Part shown: piece after piece, positions 55,270 to 64,000 of the stretch
How the letters are laid out: the number at the start of each line of letters is the position of its first letter
Position numbering within the stretch: position 1 is the stretch's first letter
NCBI GenBank assembly: GCA_964016885.1
Contig: OZ024742.1
Location: forward strand, 253,332,001-253,396,000
DNA length: 64,000 nt
Direction of reading: 5' to 3'
Source: Eledone cirrhosa
Lineage: Eukaryota
Notes under the pieces: generated by a model
Seen by the model: only the letters and a program-made list of their open reading frames with translations
Database searches by the model: none
Told to the model about the DNA's origin: nothing
Made by a program: the position numbers and the translations under genes

Positions 55270-58200
55270 CATCTCTGTGTCTGTGAGTGTCTGCCAGCGT
55301 CTGTGTGTCTCCCAACACCTGTATGTCTGTGAGTGTCTGTCTGCCAGCGTCTGTGTGACTCCCAACACCTGTATGTCTGTGAGTGTCTGTCTGCCAGCGT
55401 CTGTGTGACTCCCAACACCTGTATGTCTGTGAGTGTCTGTCTGCCAGCGTCTGTGTGACTCCCAACACCTGTATGTCTGTGAGTGTCTGTCTGCCAGTGT
55501 CTGTGTGTCTCCCAACACCTGTATGTCTGTGAGTGTCTGTCTGCCAGCGTCTGTGTGACTCCCAACACCTGTATGTCTGTGAGTGTCTGTCTGCCAGCGT
55601 CTGTGTGTCTCCCAACACCTGTATGTCTGTGAGTGTCTGTCTGCCAGTGTCTGTGTGTCTCCCAACACCTGTATGTCTGTGAGTGTCTGTCTGCCAGTGT
55701 CTGTGTGTCTCCCAACACCTGTATGTCTGTGAGCGTCTGTCTGCCAGCGTCTGTGCGTCTCCCAACACCTGTATGTCTGTGAGTGTCTGTCTGCCAGTGT
55801 CTGTGTGTCTCCCAACACCTGTATGTCTGTGAGTGTCTGTCTGCCAGCGTCTGTGTGTCTCCCAACACCTGTATGTCTGTGAGTGTCTGTCTGCCAGCGT
55901 CTGTGTGTCTCCCCACACCTGTATGTCTGTGAGTGTCTGTCTGCCAGCGTCTGTGTCTCCCAACACCTGTATGTCTGTGAGTGTCTGTCTGCCAGTGTCT
56001 GTGTGTCTCCCAACACCTGTATGTCTGTGAGTGTCTGTCTGCCAGCGTCTGTGTCTCCCAACACCTGTACGTCTGTGAGTGTCTGTCTGCCAGTGTCTGT
56101 GTGTCTCCCAACACCTGTATGTCTGTGAGTGTCTGTCTTCCAGTGTCTGTGTGTCTCCCCACACCTGTATGTCTGTGAGTGTCTGTCTGCCAGCGTCTGT
56201 GTCTCCCAACACCTGTATGTTTGTGAGTGTCTGTCTGCCAGCGTCTGTGTGTCTCCCAACACCTGTATGTCTGTGAGTGTCTGTCTGCCAGCGTCTGTGT
56301 GTCTCCCAACACCTGTATGTCTGTGAGTGTCTGTCTGCCAGTGTCTGTGTGTCTCCCAACACCTGTATGTCTGTGAGTGTCTGTCTGCCAGCGTCTGTGT
56401 CTCCCAACACCTGTACGTCTGTGAGTGTCTGTCTGCCAGTGTCTGTGTGTCTCCCAACACCTGTATGTCTGTGAGTGTCTGTCTTCCAGTGTCTGTGTGT
56501 CTCCCCACACCTGTATGTCTGTGAGTGTCTGTCTGCCAGCGTCTGTGTCTCCCAACACCTGTATGTTTGTGAGTGTCTGTCTGCCAGCGTCTGTGTGTCT
56601 CCCCACACCTGTATGTCTGTGAGTGTCTGTCTGCCAGCGTCTGTGTGTCTCCCCACACCCGTATGTCTGTGAGTGTCTGTCTGCCAGCGTCTGTGTGTCT
56701 CCCAACACCTGTATGTTTGTGAGTGTCTGTCTGCCAGCGTCTGTGTCTCCCAACACCTGTATGTTTGTGAGTGTCTGTCTGCCAGTGTATGTGTGTCTCC
56801 CCACACCTGTATGTCTGTGAGTGTCTGTCTGCCAGCGTCTGTGTCTCCCAACACCTGTATGTTTGTGAGTGTCTGTCTGCCAGTGTCTGAGTGTCTCCCA
56901 ACACCTGTATGTCTGTGAGTATCTGTCTGCCAGCGTCTGTGTGTCTCCCAACACCTGTATGTCTGTGAGTATCTGTGTGTCTCCCAACACCTGTATGTTT
57001 GTGAGTGTCTGTCTGCCAGCGTCTGTGTCTCCCAACACCTGTATGTCTGTGAGTGTCTGTGTGTCTCCCAACACCTGTATGTTTGTGAGTGTCTGTCTGC
57101 CAGCGTCTGTGTGTCTCCCAACACCTGTATGTCTGTGAGTGTCTGTCTGCCAGCATCTGTGTGTCTGCCAACACCTGTATGTCTGTGAGTGTCTGTCTGC
57201 CAGTGTCTGTGTGTCTCCCAACACCTGTATGTCTGTGAGTGTCTGTCTGCCAGTGTCTGTGTGTCTCCCAACACCTGTATGTATGTGAGTGTCTGTCTGC
57301 CAGTGTCTGTGTGTCTTCCAACACCTGTATGTCTGTGAGTGTCTGTCTGCCAGCATCTGTGTGTCTCCCAACACCTGTATGTTTGTGAGTGTCTGTCTTC
57401 CAGTGTCTGTGTGTCTTCCAACACCTGTATGTCTGTGAGTGTCTGTCTGCCAGCGTCTGTGTGTCTCCCAACACCTGTATGTTTGTGAGTGTCTGTCTTC
57501 CAGTGTCTGTGTGTCTCCCAACACCTGTTTGTCTGTGAGTGTCTGTCTGCCAGTGTCTGTGTGTCTTCCAACACCTGTATGTCTGTGAGTGTCTGTCTGC
57601 CAGTGTCTGTGTGTCTCCCAACACCTGTATGTTTGTGAGTGTCTGTCTTCCAGTGTCTGTGTGTCTTCCAACACCTGTATGTCTGTGAGTGTCTGTCTGC
57701 CAGCGTCTGTGTGTCTCCCAACACCTGTATGTTTGTGAGTGTCTGTCTTCCAGTGTCTGTGTGTCTCCCAACACCTGTATGTCTGTGAGTGTCTGTCTGC
57801 CACTGTCTGTGTGTCTCCCAACACCTGTATGTCTGTGAGTGTGTGTCTGCCAGCATCTGTGTCTCCCAACACTTGTATATCTGTGAGTGTCTGTCTGCCA
57901 GTGTCTGTGTGTCTCCCAACACCTCTATGTTTGTGAGTGTCTGTCTGCCAGCGTCTGTGTGTCTCCCAACACCTGTATGTCTGTGAGTGTCTGTCTGCCA
58001 GTGTCTGTGTGTCTCCCAACACCTGTATGTTTGTGAGTGTCTGTCTGCCAGCGTCTGTGTCTCCCAACACCTGTATGTCTGTGAGTGTCTGTCTGCCAGC
58101 GTCTGTGTGTCTCCCAACACCTGTACGTCTGTGAATGTCTGGCTGCCAGCGTCTGTGTGTCTCCCAAAACCTGTATGTCTGTGAGTGTCTGTCTGCCAGT

Positions 58201-58659
58201 GTCTGTGTGTCTCCCAAAACCTGTATGTCTGTGAGTGTCTGTCTGCCAGTGTCTGTGTGTCTCCCAAAACCTGTATGTCTGTGAGTATCTGTCTGCCAGT
58301 GTCTGTGTGTCTCCCAAAACCTGTATGTCTGTGAGCGTCTGTGTATCTCCTAACACCTGTATGTTTGTGAGTATCTGTCTGCCAGTGTCTGTGTGTCTCC
58401 CAACACCTGTATGTCTGTGAGTGTCTGTCTGCCAGCGTCTGTGTGTCTCCCAACACCTGTATGTCTGTGAGTATCTGTCTGCCAGTGTCTGTGTGTCTCC
58501 CAACACCTGTATGTCTGTGAGTGTCTGTCTGCCAGCGTCTGTGTGTCTCCCAACACCTGTATGTCTGTGAGCGTCTGTCTGCCAGCGTCTGTGTGTCTCC
58601 CAACACCTGTATGTCTGTGAGCGTCTGTCTGCCAGCGTCTGTGTGTCTCCCAACACCCT
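55270..58659. repeat. 50-bp minisatellite (~3.4 kb; 48- and 34-bp variants)
   Basis: GTCTGTGTGTCTCCCAACACCTGTATGTCTGTGAGTGTCTGTCTGCCAGC. Confidence 0.97.
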
Positions 58660-58663
58660 GAAA

Positions 58664-58850
58664 TAATGGTTTCTTATTTAGGCACAAAGCGAACTATTTT
58701 TTAGGAGACGGAAAATTCGATTAAATCAACCTCAGTGTGTTACTGGTACTTTATTTTATTGACACCGTAAGGATGAAAGGCATAAATAACCACAGTGGAA
58801 TTTGAAATCAGAACGTAAAGTGTTGTAATTCCCATTTTCAAATCTGTCAA
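58664..58850 (-). mobile_element. Diverged Meta-like SINE
   Basis: TTTAGGCACAA...ACTGGTACTTTATTTTATTGACACCGTAAGGATGAAAGGC. Confidence 0.65.
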
Positions 58851-59963
58851 CCACTAAAACCCAAATGGAGCATACCATAAAAAAATGTCCCAAAACGGGG
58901 AGAAATGAGGCAAAATGGGGAGATTTTACATAATGAAAGCTATACGCGTTTTCAGAAGACAAGACATCTTTCACCCACACCAAAGTGGATGGGAGATTTC
59001 CCCATCCGATGGGGAAAATTGACAGGTCTGTGTTTTCAGGATGAGATTCGTTCCTCGTTCTCACATTCTTGTTTCCATATTTCAGAAGTTCTCAGTCGAA
59101 TGTTTTGGAGATTTCGATTTTCATTTGTTTATTAATGCCTGTGTATTTTTGTTCATTTGTGCTTGCTCTTAATTTCATTCGTTCAATTTCATTTCATTTT
59201 TTTTTCCCTGCGACAGCTTTTGTAGTAGTGTTTGGGTTCTGGTTCCTTATTGATTGTTTTTTTTTTCGGCAATATGAGTGGGGTTGGATTTATCCTGTGT
59301 TCGTAAATCTCAGCCTTGTTTTTTTTAGCATGTTCCAGAATGCGTATTTTCTGAGGCTGAGGTTTTTATTCCATATATCACCTATTCGGGTTTTTATAAA
59401 GGAAGGCTTTATAAGTGATGGGCTTTTCTCTATTTGTTTTGTTTGAACGATCATTTCTATCTTTTTACATAGTTTTTCTGTGTTTTTGTTTATTTGTCTG
59501 TCACCATCTTTTGTTGTATGTGTTTACTGAGTTCATGAAATCTATCCAATTTTTCTGTTAAAGTGGACAGTTGTGTGCTAATTTCTGTTAGTTGATTCCG
59601 GCTTTCTTCATTTATGTTGATATCCAATTTTTCTATTTTAGGTGGCATTTTCAGGATTTTGTATAGTGTTTGATAGAGAAAATAATCAAATTGCTTAAGA
59701 TTAAGGATTTCTATATGATCTTGTTACATAGGGAAAATGATAAATATCTAAAAAAGGCTCCTAATGTGTTTTTATTTTATATACATGCCACATGTATAGT
59801 GCACAAGGAAAAAATTATATATATACTCAATTCAGAATACCAAGGTAGCTATTGAATTTCAATCATTTATTTCTACAATCGTTCCTATAAGGATAGATGT
59901 AGTAGCAATCATTTACACACACACACTCTCTCTCTCTCGCTTTATATATATATATATATATAT

Positions 59964-60001
<38 letters not shown>

Positions 60002-60025
60002 GTGGGTGTGCATACATCTGATAAG

Positions 60026-60065
<40 letters not shown>

Positions 60066-60069
<4 letters not shown>

Positions 60070-61556
60070 GAATAAACGTGCTGCGTGGTTGCAAATGGGT
60101 TACATATGAATAAAGTGGTCCTTCATCAGTGATCTTCCAACCATCATCGGTATTTCTTCGCTTTAAAGACCATATACCTCCGGTTGGTGCGAGCAACGGC
60201 TAAAGAAAGTCGTTGGGACACGTAAATAAAGGGAGCAGCGAGAGTGTAAACAAACAAAGATGGTAAAGCAACGAAAAGTGAGGAAGAACGAGTCAAGTCC
60301 CAAATTTCCATGAATATAAGTTCGGTGAAATCGTGAACGAGAGAGAATAAAGACCATCAAACCTGGTTGAAATGTGAGCAAGGAAGGAATTCCGCACAGG
60401 TCAAACGGGAGGAAGAAGGAGTCTAGTCTGTGAATTCGGTGAACATAAGTTCTGTGAAATCGTAGACGAGAGAGAGAAAAAAGGGGAACCGGCCTGGTCA
60501 AGCGTGCGAAAGAAAAGAATTACGCACAGGTCAAACGGGAAGAAGGAGGAGGAGGTGAGGTAGTAACAGAGAGTGAGTGAGTGCACAGAACTTATGTTCA
60601 CCGAATTCACAGACTAGACTCCTTCTTCCTCCCGTTTGACCTGTGCGGAATTCCTTCCTTGCTCAGATTTCAACCAGGTTTGATGGTCTTTATTTCACCG
60701 AACTTATATTCATGGAAATTTGGGACTTGACTCGTTCTTCCTCACTTTTCGTTGCTTTACCATCTTTGTTTGTTTACACTCTCGCTGTTCCCTTTATTTA
60801 CGTGTCCCAACGACTTTCTTTAGCCGTTGCTCGCACCAACCGGAGGTATATGGTCTTTAAAGCGAAGTAATACCGATGATGGTTGGAAGATCACTGACGA
60901 AGGACCACTTTATTCATATGTAACCCATTTGCAACCACGCAGCACGTTTATTCTCATATTTACACATATATTTTCCCCCCGCTGTGACCCGTCTATTTCG
61001 TTCTTACTGCTTCCTCTTTCTCTGTATCTTTACCCTCTCTAACAGTCACTCTCTCTGGTAGCCTCTTCCTCACCCTTCACTCACTCACTCTCTGTTACTA
61101 CCTCTCCTCCTCCTCCTTCTTCCCGTTTGACCTGTGCGTAATTCTTTTCTTTCGCACGCTTGGCCAGGCCGGTTCCCCTTTTTCTCTCTCTCTCGTCTAC
61201 GATTTCACAGAACTTATGTTCACCTAATTCACAGACTAGACTCCTTCTTCCTCCCGTTTGATCTGTGCGGAATTCCTTCCTTGCTCACATTTCAACCAGG
61301 CTTGATGGTCTTTATTCTCTCTCGTTCACGATTTCACCGAACATATATTCATGGAAATTTGGGACTTGACTCGCTCTTCCTCACTTTTCGTTGCTTTACC
61401 ATCTTTGTTTGTTTACACTCTCGCTGTTCCCTTTATTTACGTGACCCAACGACTTTCTTTAGCCGTTGCTCGACCCACCGGAGGTATATGGTCTTTAAAG
61501 CGAAGGAATACCGATGATGGTTGGAAGATCACTGATGAAGGACCACTTTATTCATA
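60066..61556. repeat. Non-coding ~620-bp unit: one inverted copy (60066-60582) + ~1.6 direct copies (60583-61556)
   Basis: CACAGAACTTATGTTCACC at 60584 and 61206; flanked by (TA)n. Confidence 0.88.
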
Positions 61557-61682
61557 TATATATATATATAGTTCAAGATATACAAAGCAGTTTTGTTTTT
61601 GTATTTGTTTTACAAGATTTCTTTTAATCTGAAAACGTGTGATGTTTAAACAGAAATCCTTTTTAGGGGGAGAGGGGGATTA

Positions 61683-62025
61683 TGCACCTGTTGGGTTTCA
61701 CTTCATTTGATTATTATAATAATTTCTTAATCAGTTAGTTTAATAACCAGGTGGTTGTTTAGTTGTTGATTGTCATCAAAGCTCTTTTGTCACACATTCT
61801 AACAAAATAGCAACAAAAGCAGTCACTGAGGAGGTCACAGTTTGTGTGCCGAAAGAGCGTTGGTGACAATCAACTAAACAACCATTCATCTAAACAGCAA
61901 TCAACTAAACAACCATTCGATTATTAAACTAACCGACTGAGAAATTAATATAATTATAAATTGAAATGAAACCCATCAGGTGCTTGAGTGTTTTATTGGC
62001 AGAATGACCTTCCCAAAGTATAACG
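61683..62025. mobile_element. Head-to-head pair of family-A-related pLTR fragments; HHR-like motif at 61821-61868
   Basis: AGTCA-CTGAGGA-GGTCACAG...GTGTGCC-GAAA; terminus TGACCTTCCCAAAGTATAAC. Confidence 0.7.
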
Positions 62026-62039
62026 GAAAAAAAAAAGAA

Positions 62040-62810
62040 AGGAATTTATTCAATCCATGTAACAATTACCATTTTGTTCTAGCATCTTCTGCTATCTCAT
62101 GGGAATATCCATCACAATTTCCTGTCTTTACTGCAAAAAACTCTTCTAGATGAATTCTGAAGGTTGAAGGTCTGTCTGTTCAATGATCTTTGAAGAGACC
62201 AAAACAGGTGAAAATCTGAAAGTGCAAATCAGGTGAATATGGAGGGTGTGGCAAAAAATTCCCAACCAAGCCCTTCTGCTGTATCTTTAAAGAAAGGTGT
62301 GATCTGGCATTGTCATGAGGAAAGACAATGCCCTTACGATTAGCAAATACTGAACACATCTGGTGGATTGCTGCATCAAATGTGTCCAGCTGGTCACAGT
62401 ACACATTTGAATTGATGGTCTTGTCCATGGGAAGAAGCTCATAGAAGACAATACCTTTCCAATCCCACCAAATTGAAATCATAACCTTCTTTAGAGGAAG
62501 CCCTGTTTTGGAGGTTTTTGTGGTTGTTTGCTGTTCTTCCCTTATGATTGTTTGCACTCCACATTATTATAGAGGATCCATTTTTCGCACCCTGTCACCA
62601 TTCTCTTTAGAAAAGAATTGTTTTTGTCACATTTCTGCAATGAATCACAGATGGAAATCAGTTAGGTGAGGTTATCCTCCTTCAATTGATATGGGACCCA
62701 AACATTAAGCCTACTGACAAAACCAGTTTGATGTAGATGATTTTCAACACTCAATTTATATACTTAGAGAATATCTGTAATCATTCTGGTCATATAACAC
62801 TTGTGATGAT
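62040..62810 (-). pseudogene. mariner (DD34D-type) transposase remnant
   Basis: KVMISIWWDWKGIVFYELL, TINS.VYC.QL, HDNARSH, PHPPYSPDL. Confidence 0.85.
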
Positions 62811-63499
62811 GTCCGTAGAGATCTCCAACTGAAACAAACACTCTCCTCCTCCTTTTTTGTATGTGTGAACGTAGGTGATGCATATGTTTTTATATATGTG
62901 GATATACATAACCCTCCTGTGGTGTAGGGAAAGCTGTGTGCTCTTCTAATATATTATATACATGTACATTTCCCTCTCCACACTCACTCACTAGAGTAAA
63001 TGCTATACTAGATAGACCAGAAATCAAGGGTAGCTTATGCAAATTTCAATGGACCTAGTGACTGGTGGTGACAACATCTGAGCAACAACACAATACAGTA
63101 CATGAAAGAACCTAACATGCATGTTAATCCTTTGATTATCATCAAGCTGTGACACAGTACTTCTATCCTTCAAACTCAGGAAAATTGCAAGACTCTCATG
63201 CAGCTCCCTTTTCAAGTATCAAATTTCAGATTTGCTACCATGAATGTCAGAACAATGAAAAGTAAGTGAGGTGTGACTGGGGAGAAGCTAGAGTGGAGAC
63301 AAGTAGATATGTACTATGTGTAAAAAGGAAAGTTAGAGCAGTGCTTCGGCCAGATTCACCACAGGAAAGGAAAATCAGTACAAATTCTTCTGGGTGAGTT
63401 GCAATAATGGGGTGGGTGGGGTTTAAATAGTACTAGCTGACAGCCACTATACTATCCATATATACCCAACAAGCTCAACTTGTAGATGAGCAGGAAAAC

Positions 63500-64000
63500 C
63501 ACTTCTATGAGGTCTGCTGCAGACTACTCAATGACAAATGACAGTGATCTCATTATTGCAGCTAGTGACTTCAATTGACATGTTGGGAAACATCATGATA
63601 ACTTTACCAGTGTGCATGGACGCTATGGGTATGGTATAACAAATAAGGAGGAGGTTAGCTTTCTGTAGTTCTGTGATGCTTTCAACCTTACCAGCCACAA
63701 TACAAACTTCAGAAAATGAGCCAGCCACTTGAATGCCTACCAATCAGGAAGGTATACAAGCCAAATAGACTTAGTTTTTACAAGGAAATGAGACAGGAAA
63801 ATGATTGTAAATGCCACGTCCCTTCTTGTATAAGAATGTACATCCCTATATAGATTAACTGTCAGTGATCTTAGAATAAGGGTTAGAAGGACCAAGAGAA
63901 AAAAGTCAGTCTAGAGAAGAAAGACATGGACGTTGAGGGAACCATTTGCAGGTACCAACTTCAGAGAAATCCTACTTGGTGCCTAAACTAGTAAGAAAGA
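63500..64000 (+). pseudogene. Decayed RTE LINE endonuclease fragment
   Basis: SDFN*HVG, HGRYGYG, TNFRK, YQSG..SQID remnants across frames. Confidence 0.6.

Noticed and set aside
55270-58659. CRISPR-like array
   Set aside because: No unique spacers, no cas genes, eukaryotic context
52175-58687. Very long ORFs (734-1154 aa)
   Set aside because: They are translations of stop-free minisatellites in several frames, with no protein signal
58870-59680. Possible decayed coding sequence on the minus strand
   Set aside because: Multiple stops and no motif I can assign

Overview
AT-rich, microsatellite-dense eukaryotic DNA with no recognisable host gene. The repeat content (Meta-domain tRNA SINEs, RTE LINEs with (GAT)n tails, long (TA)n/(CA)n/(ATC)n) suggests an invertebrate, probably octopus; this is inference. 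Mobile elements dominate: two near-identical copies plus relatives of a Penelope-like retroelement (PLE; RT + C-terminal GIY-YIG), a second C-rich Neptune-like PLE, Dong/R4, Tx1/L1 and RTE LINE fragments, a DD37D (maT) Tc1/mariner element, a mariner remnant, SINEs, MITEs and minisatellites. The strongest signal is missed by the ORF track: about 29 type I hammerhead ribozyme (HHR) motifs in about 14 sequence families (hand count, several degenerate). They sit in PLE 3' ends and in short non-coding units arranged as tandem or fold-back repeats inside (TA)n tracts. Many carry family-specific palindromes in place of stem III. One inverted copy starts at a predicted cleavage site, and one repeated hairpin consists of two inverted half-ribozymes. 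All structures were read by eye and need computational confirmation.
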